A stretch of 64,000 nucleotides of DNA from an uncultured Candidatus Saccharibacteria bacterium (GTDB lineage Bacteria > Patescibacteriota > Minisyncoccia > Phycocordibacterales > JAKFXT01): assembly GCA_964385825.1 (NCBI GenBank), contig CAYLPX010000001.1:84493-148492 (forward strand). Direction: 5' to 3'. Below the pieces are notes generated by a model. The model was not told the origin of the DNA. It did not search any database and saw only the letters and a program-made list of their open reading frames with translations. This document shows positions 1-8,291 of this stretch, one piece after another (positions within the stretch are counted from its first letter, which is position 1; each line of letters starts with the position of its first letter). Made by a program: the position numbers and the translations under genes.

Positions 1-1017
1 TTTACTTTCTCCTATCCAGAATGGCTGGTGCTTGAAGTTGGGGCTGATCATCCAGGAGATTTAACAAAGCTCATGAAGTGGGTGAAGCCAGACATGGTAG
101 TTGTCACCCGTTTTCCAGCTATTGCTCCACATGTGGAGTACTACAGTGGAATGGAGGCTTTAATTGAAGAAGAGTCACAGCCAGTGTATGCACTTAAAGA
201 TGGCGGCATATTGATACTAAACGACGATGATGAACGGGTGGTGGCGCTGCGGGAAAAAGTACGTGGAGCGAAAGTTATAACGTACGGTACAACTACAAGA
301 GCGAATGTAGTAGGCAGGGGGGACGATATTTTCTATGGCAGTGATGTTGAGGGAGTAGTGCCACTCGGTATTACGTTTAATGTTGTGGCGAAGAGTGAAG
401 AGGTTCCTTTTGTGATCCATGGAGCACTTGGTGTACAACAAATGTACCCAGTATTAGCAGGTGTTGCAGTGGGTACTGCGTTTGGAGTAGAGCTCAAGGC
501 GTTATCTACTCGGTTCGCTGGTCACAAAACTCCAGCCGGGCGCATGCGCATCATTGAAGGACTGAAGGGCACTACGATCATCGACGATTCGTATAATTCT
601 TCGCCGACTGCCGCCGAGTATGCACTTCTCACTTTAGGAAGAGTGAAAGGCAAACGACATGTCGCAGCGCTCGGCAGCATGAATGAATTAGGGAGTTATA
701 GTGAGGAGGCGCACAAAGAGCTTGGAAAACTTGCCGCGGAGTATGCTGATATGCTCGTGACGGTAGGGGATAAGGCGCGCGGTATTGCTGAAGGAGCGCT
801 TAATGCTGGAATGGATGAAAGTACTATTTTTCAATTTGAGGATTCTCGTGAGGCGGGTAAGTTTTTGGAAGGAACGCTACAAGAGGGGGATATTATTTTA
901 ATTAAAGGATCACAGGGCGGAGTGCGCATGGAAAAAACAGTTGAGGAAATAATGGAACACCCAGAGGATAGAATGAAGCTTTTAGTGAGACAGGAGGGGG
1001 AGTGGCAAACAAGATAG
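1..1017 (+). CDS. murF: UDP-N-acetylmuramoyl-tripeptide--D-alanyl-D-alanine ligase MurF, C-terminal part (5' end outside window)
   Basis: The frame is open from base 1. Mur-ligase central and C-terminal motifs are present (ELGANHPGE-like region, DDSYNSSP, GSMNELG). Stop is TAG at 1015-1017. Confidence 0.8.
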   Translation, partial: FTFSYPEWLVLEVGADHPGDLTKLMKWVKPDMVVVTRFPAIAPHVEYYSGMEALIEEESQPVYALKDGGILILNDDDERVVALREKVRGAKVITYGTTTRANVVGRGDDIFYGSDVEGVVPLGITFNVVAKSEEVPFVIHGALGVQQMYPVLAGVAVGTAFGVELKALSTRFAGHKTPAGRMRIIEGLKGTTIIDDSYNSSPTAAEYALLTLGRVKGKRHVAALGSMNELGSYSEEAHKELGKLAAEYADMLVTVGDKARGIAEGALNAGMDESTIFQFEDSREAGKFLEGTLQEGDIILIKGSQGGVRMEKTVEEIMEHPEDRMKLLVRQEGEWQTR

Positions 1018-1073
1018 TCTTTATTTTTATAGAAATTCTGTTATAGTGAGCCATGTTTCGTAAGGAGAAATAA

Positions 1074-1148
1074 GGCCCTATCGTCTAACGGCTAGGACGG
1101 CACCCTCTCACGGTGCAAATCGGAGTTCGATTCTCCGTAGGGTCGCCC
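1074..1148 (+). tRNA. tRNA-Glu (anticodon CUC)
   Basis: Cloverleaf built by hand. Acceptor GGCCCTA pairs with TAGGGTC. D stem is GTCT/GGAC. Anticodon stem GCACC/GGTGC carries loop CTCTCAC. T arm is CGGAG-TTCGATT-CTCCG. Discriminator is G. Confidence 0.85.
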
Positions 1149-1153
1149 CAAAC

Positions 1154-1184
1154 AAAAACCACTCTTTCTTTGAGTGGTTTTTGT
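1154..1184 (+). terminator. intrinsic terminator downstream of tRNA-Glu
   Basis: Hairpin aaaaaccactc-tttcttt-gagtggttttt with a trailing T run. Confidence 0.6.
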
Positions 1185-1269
1185 TTGGTTGGGTCTAGGA
1201 GAATCGAAAGACGGAGCGCGACGGCGCGAGTCGGGGTCGCGTAAAAACTAGCAAAGTTTTATGCGTGAC

Positions 1270-1289
1270 CGATTCTCCGTAGGGTCGCC
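1270..1289 (+). repeat. 20-nt direct copy of the tRNA-Glu 3' end (T-arm 3' half plus acceptor 3' strand), about 120 bp downstream of the tRNA
   Basis: cgattctccgtagggtcgcc is identical to 1128-1147. The downstream copy ends in gcca. Confidence 0.7.
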
Positions 1290-1359
1290 AATATGGGAAA
1301 ATAAAGTAGTTTGACTTATAAAAAACTAACTTTCACTTAATATCGATAGAAAATGATAA

Positions 1360-1386
1360 CCGCCGGCGCGCTTTGCGCGCCGGCGG
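1360..1386 (-). terminator. GC-rich hairpin terminator for the minus-strand small gene
   Basis: ccgccggcgcgc-tttg-cgcgccggcgg palindrome immediately 3' of the 1405..1623 ORF on the minus strand. Confidence 0.5.
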
Positions 1387-1404
1387 GCTGGTTGGTGGGA
1401 GTGA

Positions 1405-1623
1405 TTACCGCTCCCCGAGGAAAAAGGTACGGCGCCGCTTCTTGCGGTCAAGCAAGAGGATGCATGTCCCCGATATTCCCGTGATGAATTCCGCAAAGAG
1501 GAACCAGAAATCTGTTTCCGTCTCTGGATACCCTACGAAAAATGGGCTGGAGTCCATGAGCTGGGCATGGACCAGAAAGAAGGCTGCGACGGTGATACCG
1601 ATCGCGATTATGCGGCTCCGCAT
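1405..1623 (-). CDS. hypothetical small (72 aa) membrane protein encoded in a GC-rich patch
   Basis: ATG at 1623 is preceded by AAGGAGAG. There are two hydrophobic segments and a basic C-tail. Local GC is clearly above flanking DNA, and a hairpin lies downstream. Confidence 0.45.
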   Translation of the reverse strand: MRSRIIAIGITVAAFFLVHAQLMDSSPFFVGYPETETDFWFLFAEFITGISGTCILLLDRKKRRRTFFLGER

Positions 1624-1693
1624 GTTTCTCTCCTTGAGTTATGCTACTAATTAGTAGCCTAACTCCAACTACCCAAAAGTCAATTGTTTTTCA

Positions 1694-1733
1694 CCAAGAT
1701 TTAATTCCAGCGATAGCTGGAATTAAATCTTGG
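1694..1733. repeat. perfect 18-bp-stem hairpin (ccaagatttaattccagc / gctggaattaaatcttgg, loop gata), about 80 bp upstream of the ABC transporter start
   Basis: Exact inverted repeat read directly from the sequence. A second 16-bp palindrome gctactaattagtagc lies at 1643-1658. Confidence 0.6.
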
Positions 1734-1814
1734 TTCTTGGTCGTTTACCACTCCTTTTTGTGACTGATTATGGAGATTTAGTTTATTTTAGAGCGTTGCT
1801 ATATAATTATTTTT

Positions 1815-3608
1815 ATGGCGTCTGAAAAAACTACAACTACCAAAGGAGATTTCAAAAAAGGATTAAAGGCTATCATATTTCGTCACCTCAAACCATATAG
1901 ACGCGAAATAAATTTACTTTTAATACTCGGATTGATTTCCGCAGTACTTAATGGTTTTGTTCCTTTTGTAACTGGCCGCTTTTTTGATGCACTCATACAT
2001 ATGTCCCAGGGGGTAGCAGAGGTTAAATTACTTACTCCCTGGATTCTCTTTTTTATACTATGGTGTGTAATACAGTTTTTGGTAAATATTGTTGACTGGT
2101 ATATACAAAAGGTTAATAGACACATTGATAATAAAAGCCATTTTGGAATTCAGGCTGCAGGGCTCGCTCATCTTTTACGTTTACCCATGAGTTTTCACAA
2201 AAAAGAAAGAAGCAACGGATTAATTCAAAAAATAAGTGATGTTAGTTGGCGAGTCGCAAGTATGGGAAATACCGTACTTAGCCTTGTACCAAGTTTTATT
2301 AGTGTGTTTGTCGGCATACTTCTTTCTTTTACGCTTAATATAGTATTGGCTTCAGTGCTCTTGGTAGGTATGGTAGTTTATGCAATAATTCTTTTCCGTT
2401 TGGTTTTGCCGACCGCCGAATTAAATAAAAAAGGACATGAAGTTTGGAATAAGGAGTGGGATGCCGCTTCAGCTTCGGTCCAACAAGTAGAAAATGTTAA
2501 GCAGGCAACGGCGGAAGATTATGAAGAGAAAAAAATTACAGAAGGACTGGCTAAGAAGACGTATGGTATTTGGATTTCTCTCGCAAATCGTTGGAGTACT
2601 ATTGGAGGACTACAAAGACTCGTTGTTTTTGTAGTGCAGGTAACAATTTTTGTTTTGGCTATTGGGTATATTCAAAAAGGGATACTGACCGTAGGAGAAC
2701 TTATTACTTTCAATGGCTATGCGCTCATGATTTTGGGACCAATAGTTTCTTTGGGATACAACTGGCAGAATATTCAAAATAGTATTATTGCTGCAGCATT
2801 AGCCGAAGATATTTTTGGAGCAGAAACAGAAGTTTATAACAAAAATTCTAAAGAGAAAAACAAAATAGTTGAGGGAGTGGTAGAGTTTAGAGATGTAACA
2901 TTTCGTTATGCAAAAGATCAGCCAATAGTGCTGGATAAGGTAAGTTTTACAGTGGCAAAAGGAGAAGTAGTGGCGCTTGTGGGTAAAACAGGGGTGGGCA
3001 AGAGTAGTCTCATTGGATTATTAGGAGGATACTTTTTTCCAACTGAAGGCGAGGTGCTTATAGACGGCGTATCAACGAGAGAATTAAACCTAATTGATCT
3101 TCGCAGTAGTATGGCTACCGTACCGCAAGAAGTAGCGCTCTTTAATGATTCTATTAAAAATAATATAAAATACGGTTCGTTCTCTGTGTCGGATAAGACA
3201 TTGCTTCACGCAGCCAAAGAAGCTCATGTAGATGAGTTTGTGGAAAAGTTTCCTGAGAAATACGAACAAGAAGTGGGGGATAGGGGGGTTAAACTATCTG
3301 TTGGACAAAAGCAGCGCGTGGCTATCGCGAGAGCAATGCTACGTGACCCGAAGATTCTTATACTTGATGAGCCAACAAGCGCACTTGATATTGAAACAGA
3401 ACATTTTATTACAGCCTCGCTTGAAAAGCTAATGAAGGGACGTACGACGTTTATTGTGGCTCATCGTTTAAGTACAGTGCGTCGTGCTGATAAGATTTTG
3501 GTAATTGAAGAGGGAAAAATAGTTGAGGAGGGGAATCACGAAACTCTTATTAAAAAGCGTGGTGGAGTGTACAAAAAATTACACGAATTACATATTGGGC
3601 TCGCATAA
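1815..3608 (+). CDS. ABC transporter, fused permease/ATP-binding protein (MsbA/exporter type)
   Basis: N-terminal 6-TM domain. Walker A GKTGVGKSS, signature LSVGQKQRVAIARA, Walker B ILILDEPTSALD. Confidence 0.9.
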   Translation: MASEKTTTTKGDFKKGLKAIIFRHLKPYRREINLLLILGLISAVLNGFVPFVTGRFFDALIHMSQGVAEVKLLTPWILFFILWCVIQFLVNIVDWYIQKVNRHIDNKSHFGIQAAGLAHLLRLPMSFHKKERSNGLIQKISDVSWRVASMGNTVLSLVPSFISVFVGILLSFTLNIVLASVLLVGMVVYAIILFRLVLPTAELNKKGHEVWNKEWDAASASVQQVENVKQATAEDYEEKKITEGLAKKTYGIWISLANRWSTIGGLQRLVVFVVQVTIFVLAIGYIQKGILTVGELITFNGYALMILGPIVSLGYNWQNIQNSIIAAALAEDIFGAETEVYNKNSKEKNKIVEGVVEFRDVTFRYAKDQPIVLDKVSFTVAKGEVVALVGKTGVGKSSLIGLLGGYFFPTEGEVLIDGVSTRELNLIDLRSSMATVPQEVALFNDSIKNNIKYGSFSVSDKTLLHAAKEAHVDEFVEKFPEKYEQEVGDRGVKLSVGQKQRVAIARAMLRDPKILILDEPTSALDIETEHFITASLEKLMKGRTTFIVAHRLSTVRRADKILVIEEGKIVEEGNHETLIKKRGGVYKKLHELHIGLA

Positions 3609-3615
3609 AAAAACA

Positions 3616-3637
3616 GAGCGCGCATTGCTGCGCGCTC
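3616..3637. terminator. hairpin between convergent genes (ABC transporter and the 3642..3830 ORF)
   Basis: gagcgcgca-ttgc-tgcgcgctc. Confidence 0.45.
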
Positions 3638-3641
3638 GGGA

Positions 3642-3830
3642 CTAATCCCAGATTGGAGGCATGTTACCAGTGTCCTCTGGCAATCCCTCGGTGCCCGTAG
3701 GTGTTTCGAGGGCATCAAGGCCATTCTGATGTATGAACTTCTTTCCCGACCCATGTTCACTAGGAGGGGTATTGGCTGCAGCTGGCGAGGGACTTCCGTC
3801 TCCAACTGCTGGAAAAAAAAGTTTCTGCAT
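3642..3830 (-). CDS. hypothetical small protein (62 aa), GC-rich island gene C
   Basis: ATG at 3830 has GAGGGG 7 nt upstream. An upstream hairpin gagccgcg..cgcggctc (3852-3872) separates it from gene B. Confidence 0.35.
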   Translation of the reverse strand: MQKLFFPAVGDGSPSPAAANTPPSEHGSGKKFIHQNGLDALETPTGTEGLPEDTGNMPPIWD

Positions 3831-3884
3831 TTTCATTCCCCTCATGAAAGCGAGCCGCGGGTTGCGCGGCTCGGGTGTGCGGGG

Positions 3885-4220
3885 TCAGTCAGCCTCGGCG
3901 GGGGCTAGCCCGTAAAACTCGGCTTCGTGACGGTGTTCTACTGCTGTCAGTTTTCCACCACGCAGCCACGGCTTCAGCACCTGGAACTCAGCCTGTTTCC
4001 TGCTGAGTGCTTCTCCTGCGAGCCGTTTCATTTCGCAGGCCATGGCAGCATTGCCCATCATGCGAATCTCGGCCGAACGTGTTGTTCGCGCCGAACCGCT
4101 CATGCCGACCAGGAATTCATCCAAAAGCTGGCTCATTGCCCGGCGAGTATTGCCGTTGCATTCCGTGACGAGCTCTTTGGCTCGACTCTTCACAATTTCA
4201 TCTTGGTTCTTGCTTTTCAT
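3885..4220 (-). CDS. hypothetical protein (111 aa), GC-rich island gene B
   Basis: ATG at 4220 with GGGAGGAAG SD. Codon usage has high GC3, unlike neighbouring genes. Its own terminator follows. Confidence 0.5.
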   Translation of the reverse strand: MKSKNQDEIVKSRAKELVTECNGNTRRAMSQLLDEFLVGMSGSARTTRSAEIRMMGNAAMACEMKRLAGEALSRKQAEFQVLKPWLRGGKLTAVEHRHEAEFYGLAPAEAD

Positions 4221-4401
4221 GCCACTTCCTCCCAAGGAAAAAACGACGATTGAAAAACATACCAGTAACGCTGAAAATAATTATACTACTAACCCCCCAA
4301 ATGTCAAATACTGCTATGGGGGTAAAAATAGGAGGGAAAATAAAAGGGGCGCGGCCGGATATTCTCGGTCGCGCCCTGGGGTGTCGTTGCATGTTGCCCT
4401 T

Positions 4402-4812
4402 TCAGCGAACCAGTGAAAGCCGGTGTCGCACACTTTTTTCGGAGGGGAGCACCTGGGTGGTTGCGCCCATTTTGAAGTTCTGGTGCACCCACGTTTCGAT
4501 TTCCCACAGGAGTTCCGGCAGGGGCGTGATGGCGCCATTCTCGGAGCGAACCATGGGGAAGTGGATGCTCAGAATCCAGGACCCGTCAGGGCCGCGTACA
4601 AGTTCGCTCGCCGCCTCGTAGGCCCGCAGTTCACGTCGGAACTTTTCGGTATCCCTTCTGTTGGCGTGGCCAGGGAGAGGGATGCGGCAGCCCACACGAG
4701 CCTCCTTTTCGAAGTTGGCGGGGAAGTAGATCTCCGCTTCAGCGCCCGACTTGTGGAGAAGCCCTCGTACTTCCCGTACGAAAGCTCTCCAGACAGACAA
4801 TATGATTTGCAT
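4402..4812 (-). CDS. hypothetical protein (137 aa), GC-rich island gene A
   Basis: ATG at 4812 with GGAGG 5 nt upstream. It is followed on the minus strand by hairpin 4347-4376 plus a T-rich run. Confidence 0.5.
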   Translation of the reverse strand: MQIILSVWRAFVREVRGLLHKSGAEAEIYFPANFEKEARVGCRIPLPGHANRRDTEKFRRELRAYEAASELVRGPDGSWILSIHFPMVRSENGAITPLPELLWEIETWVHQNFKMGATTQVLPSEKSVRHRLSLVR

Positions 4813-4886
4813 ACAAGCCTCCATTAAATGGTGGGTGGGAACAGGTGTTACTGGTTAAAAATAGTACAATAGAAGGGTGTATAAGT

Positions 4887-4919
4887 AAACCCCTCCGGCG
4901 CAAAGCGCCGGAGGGGTTT
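4887..4919 (-). terminator. intrinsic terminator of yqeY (perfect 15-bp stem)
   Basis: aaacccctccggcgc-aaa-gcgccggaggggttt. Confidence 0.6.
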
Positions 4920-4934
4920 ACCAACCTTACTTTT

Positions 4935-5381
4935 TTAAAACAAGGTTTCTACCACTTCCTTAACTAGGGCGCCATCAGCAGCCCCCTTAAGTTCTTTCAT
5001 AAGTGCCCCCATGAAAATACCCATTTTAGATTTATCGGTTGCGCCAAGCTTTTCTTTGAGCTCTTTTGCTATTTTTTCTATTTCATCGCGTCCCATTTGA
5101 GCTGGAAGATACACCTCAAGAAGTTTCAGTTCAGCTTGTTCATTTTCTACCAGGTCAGTGCGCCCACCTTTAGTGAACTGCTCTATGGAGTCTTTGCGCT
5201 GCTTCACTGCGCGCTTAACCACCGCTAATTCTTCCTCGGGAGTGAGTTTGTCCTGTGGGGTGCGGCCTTTGGCCACGAGCTCATTGGTAAAAGCAGAAAG
5301 GAGTCCGCGAATAACATTTAGTTTTACCGAGTCTTTGGCACGCATAGCATCCTTCATTTCTTCACGTAGTTTCTCTTGCAT
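4935..5381 (-). CDS. yqeY: GatB/YqeY domain protein
   Basis: Full-length similarity to the YqeY family (C-terminal GatB-like helical domain). Confidence 0.8.
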   Translation of the reverse strand: MQEKLREEMKDAMRAKDSVKLNVIRGLLSAFTNELVAKGRTPQDKLTPEEELAVVKRAVKQRKDSIEQFTKGGRTDLVENEQAELKLLEVYLPAQMGRDEIEKIAKELKEKLGATDKSKMGIFMGALMKELKGAADGALVKEVVETLF

Positions 5382-5470
5382 AGAGGTTTATTTTATTGGG
5401 TTATATAGTACTTATCTTAGCAAAAATGAGGGTAATCGTGAATGCGGAAGGCTCGTGTTAAAATAACGGA

Positions 5471-6562
5471 ATGTCTACAACCACTATTGTTATTATCTTT
5501 GTTGCACTCCTTTTTCTACTCCTTAATGGCTTTGCTTTTTGGGCAGTACTTCGTCGTATGGGTACTAAAGATGAGGGGGAGGGGGATAGTGGCATGAAGC
5601 TCTTACTTGAGCAAATGAATGAGCTTACGCGTCGCCAAGGTGACCTTACGAGCATGATGGATAAGAAGTTGCTTGAAAGCTCCCGCGCCATGACCGAGTC
5701 ACTTCACCGTACCGGTGAAACTACTACGCGTATTATTACTGATATTACCGAGAAACTCACCCGACTCGACGAAACCAATAAACAGGTAGTCTCTTTTGCT
5801 GATCAACTTCAGTCTCTCCAGGATATTTTGAAGAACCCGAAACAGCGAGGAATACTTGGTGAGTATTATCTTGAAACACTACTTAAAAATGTACTGCCTC
5901 CTGGGGGGTATCAAATGCAGTATGGGTTTAGCGATGGAGAGATAGTTGATGCAGTGGTGTTCGTGCAGGATAAGATTATACCTATAGACTCTAAGTTCAG
6001 CTTGGAGAACTACAATCGCTGGGTAGAGGAGAAGAACGAACTTGAGAAAATCCGCTTTGAGAAAGTGTTTGTCAACGACCTCAAACTGCGCATACAAGAA
6101 ACTGCTAAATATATTCGCCCGGGAGAAAAGACCATGGACTTCGCGTTCATGTTTATCCCGCATGAGGCTATTTACTATGATTTACTGGTGAACAAAATCG
6201 GCGGGGTAGATGAGAGTAGTGACAACCTTATTCAAAGAGCGGCTACAAAATATAAAGTAATTATTGTTTCTCCTACTTCGTTCCTCGCGTACCTTCAGAC
6301 GGTGCTTCAGGGACTTAAGGCACTAGCCATAGAGGAGAAGGTGGTTGAGGTCATAAAGCGAGTAGGAGAACTTGGTAAACATATGAAGAGCTATGAAGAG
6401 TATCATGGCAAACTCGGAAATGCGCTTGGAACAGTGGTGAATCACTTTAATGCATCAGGTAAGGAGTTTAAAAAGATAGATAAAGATGTGATGCGTATCA
6501 CCGGCGAGAGTATGGATATAGCGACTATTGCACTTGAGGGGCCTGAAAAAGATGTGGAGTAA
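5471..6562 (+). CDS. rmuC: DNA recombination protein RmuC
   Basis: N-terminal TM segment, a long coiled coil and a C-terminal RmuC nuclease-like domain. Confidence 0.85.
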   Translation: MSTTTIVIIFVALLFLLLNGFAFWAVLRRMGTKDEGEGDSGMKLLLEQMNELTRRQGDLTSMMDKKLLESSRAMTESLHRTGETTTRIITDITEKLTRLDETNKQVVSFADQLQSLQDILKNPKQRGILGEYYLETLLKNVLPPGGYQMQYGFSDGEIVDAVVFVQDKIIPIDSKFSLENYNRWVEEKNELEKIRFEKVFVNDLKLRIQETAKYIRPGEKTMDFAFMFIPHEAIYYDLLVNKIGGVDESSDNLIQRAATKYKVIIVSPTSFLAYLQTVLQGLKALAIEEKVVEVIKRVGELGKHMKSYEEYHGKLGNALGTVVNHFNASGKEFKKIDKDVMRITGESMDIATIALEGPEKDVE

Positions 6563-6780
6563 ATAAAAAAAGCCGCCCTTCGCAGGACGGCTCAATGCAG
6601 GGGATCTTCCTGCTTTGATGCAACGCGTACAACATGCCCTCCCGAGCATGTTGGCATACTACAGTATTTAACAGTAAATAAAAGGAGGCAGGCTCGGGGG
6701 AGCCCACCTCAAGGGGAAGGGTAGATGAAGACCCTTACGTCAGAAGAGGAGTCAACTGACGCTCTTTAATAGTACTATAA
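6563..6780 (-). ncRNA. candidate structured RNA (about 220 nt) ending at a minus-oriented terminator
   Basis: The 530-bp gap has no ORF and is moderately GC-rich, with five or more stable hairpins. Hairpin 6571-6592 is followed by a U7 run only on the minus strand. Confidence 0.2.
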
Positions 6781-6784
6781 AATT

Positions 6785-6868
6785 AAAAAAAGAGGGCGGC
6801 CGTGTGAAGGTCGCCCAAATCCATCCTTGCGGATGGTGGAGGAGACTGGGTGTTCCAGTTAGGTAGCA
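6785..6868 (-). ncRNA. candidate small RNA (about 85 nt)
   Basis: Extended -10 TGtTATAGT lies on the minus strand (plus 6875-6883). Hairpin CCATCC-gcaa-GGATGG is followed by terminator GGGCGACC..GGCCGCCC plus a U7 run on the minus strand (plus 6785-6816). The RNA contains CUCCUCC. Confidence 0.25.
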
Positions 6869-7055
6869 CAGTCCCATAGCTAGGACTATAACATATATAG
6901 CTCGTGCAAAATTATCTCAAAATAAATAATTAAAAAAGTAAAGGCCTGTGTGTCACTAAATGGCAGAGAATTGGCTTAAAGGGAAGTCTCCCCCTAGTCT
7001 GGAGTATTTGGGGGCTAGGCTTAAATTTGATTGAATATTGCCCCCTGGGGGATAC

Positions 7056-7083
7056 TTGCAAACCGGCTAGTTTTGTGTAGAAT
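7056..7083 (+). promoter_or_regulatory. sigma70-like promoter of rplU (TTGCAA-16-TAGAAT)
   Basis: The -35 and -10 hexamers are read directly. The predicted start lies only a few nt before the rplU ATG. Confidence 0.4.
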
Positions 7084-7092
7084 ACGTGAATT

Positions 7093-7449
7093 ATGGCTAC
7101 AAAGAAAGCTACAACTAAGAAGGCCTCATCCGACGAATTCGCCGTTATTTTTACTGGTGGAAAGCAGTACAAAGTCTCTGTGGGCGAGAAGATTGATATT
7201 GAAATTATGAAAGGGGACTTCAAGGAGGGGGATAAGGTCGTTTTTGATAAGATTCTCATGGTGGATGATGGCAAGGATACAACAATTGGTGCTCCATATA
7301 TAAAGGAAGCTAAGGTTGAGGGTAAAATCACTAAGATTGCTAAGCATGATAAGGTTATGGTAACGAAGTACAAGGCCAAGAGCCGCTACCTTAAAACCAA
7401 CGGGCACCGCCAGCCATTTTTTGAAGTAGAAATCACTACTCTAAAATAA
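7093..7449 (+). CDS. rplU: 50S ribosomal protein L21
   Basis: AVIxTGGKQYKV motif and full-length L21 similarity. Confidence 0.9.
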   Translation: MATKKATTKKASSDEFAVIFTGGKQYKVSVGEKIDIEIMKGDFKEGDKVVFDKILMVDDGKDTTIGAPYIKEAKVEGKITKIAKHDKVMVTKYKAKSRYLKTNGHRQPFFEVEITTLK

Positions 7450-7454
7450 GAAAT

Positions 7455-7484
7455 AAAAAAAGCGCGCCGCGAGGCGCGCTTTTG
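7455..7484. terminator. bidirectional terminator after rplU
   Basis: aaaaaagcgcgcc-gcga-ggcgcgctttt. Confidence 0.6.
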
Positions 7485-7508
7485 CGCTATGAGGCCCCCC
7501 TTGGGCTA

Positions 7509-7874
7509 CTAGCCTCTCCTGCGCAGGTGATGAGTCAGTGCCATGACACTGAAAACAAGGGTTGATATGTGGAAGGTGCAGTAGGCAATACTCCCGGCCA
7601 GCAGCCACACAACCATGTGGCTAAGAAGTTGCACTACAATGTCCGGATGCTCCATCCCCACATTCTTGATTGAAAGAATACCAATCAGGAACAATAGTGC
7701 ACAGTACACAAGGACAACCCTTTCCCCAGCCGTTTTCGCAGTTATCTCCTTTTCCGGGGCTAAATGTACAACCAGGATGGTGAGCCCCCAGAGGAGAAGC
7801 CCGAGATGGACCCCTCCTGTGGTGGCAATGATGACGAAGGTCTGGATTGACCAAGCAAATTCAAGCTCACTCAT
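7509..7874 (-). CDS. hypothetical polytopic membrane protein
   Basis: ATG at 7874 with AAGGAAGG SD. About 4 TM segments. It is translationally coupled to the upstream gene with a 1-nt gap. Confidence 0.5.
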   Translation of the reverse strand: MSELEFAWSIQTFVIIATTGGVHLGLLLWGLTILVVHLAPEKEITAKTAGERVVLVYCALLFLIGILSIKNVGMEHPDIVVQLLSHMVVWLLAGSIAYCTFHISTLVFSVMALTHHLRRRG

Positions 7875-7875
7875 C

Positions 7876-8223
7876 TCACACCTTCCTTTTTCGTACGAGG
7901 AGCAGAACAATGACAGCACTCCCGATTACGAGATATGCTCCTAAGCTGACAATGAGGCCATCTAAAAGAGCGTTCCCGATCATTTCCCCGCTCGGAGGAC
8001 CCACACCCTCATGGTGCGTGAGGCGGGTATAGGAATGAGTGAAGAAGACCCCGACGCTGAAGACGCCGGCGATGAGTAGCTGGAATTTCCCCCGCGTAAG
8101 TTTCAAAAAAGTCCTTACCTCCGACAGAATTGCGTCGATCCCGAAGGTAAAGGGCATTCCCATCACAGCAAGGGCCACAATCACTTTCCCGTGACCCGCA
8201 AGTACTTCCAAGATTTCAGGCAT
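7876..8223 (-). CDS. small membrane protein, possibly Mrp/Mnh antiporter subunit G-like (weak)
   Basis: ATG at 8223 with GAGGAG SD. Two or three TM segments. The motif YTRLTHHEGVGPPSG resembles the MnhG YxRxHAAGKxxTLG region. Confidence 0.35.
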   Translation of the reverse strand: MPEILEVLAGHGKVIVALAVMGMPFTFGIDAILSEVRTFLKLTRGKFQLLIAGVFSVGVFFTHSYTRLTHHEGVGPPSGEMIGNALLDGLIVSLGAYLVIGSAVIVLLLVRKRKV

Positions 8224-8291
8224 GGTGCCACTCCTCAAGGTTCAAAACAGATTGCATTAAAACACTAAAATACTGGTATTACAAGAAGAGA

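Noticed and set aside
4423-4827. Plus-strand ORFs across the GC-rich island (4423..4827, 4042..4416, 3927..4253)
   Set aside because: They lack SD sequences and have low-complexity translations. The minus-strand ORFs have SD sequences and terminators in the correct orientation.
6563-7092. RNase P, tmRNA or SRP RNA in the rmuC-rplU spacer
   Set aside because: No TTCGA T-loop, no AGTCCGG/CCGGCT P4 pair and no SRP domain-IV GGAA motif context. It is kept only as an unclassified candidate sRNA.
6930-7379. 149-aa minus-strand ORF
   Set aside because: It overlaps rplU entirely on the opposite strand and is an artefact of the AT-rich antisense frame.
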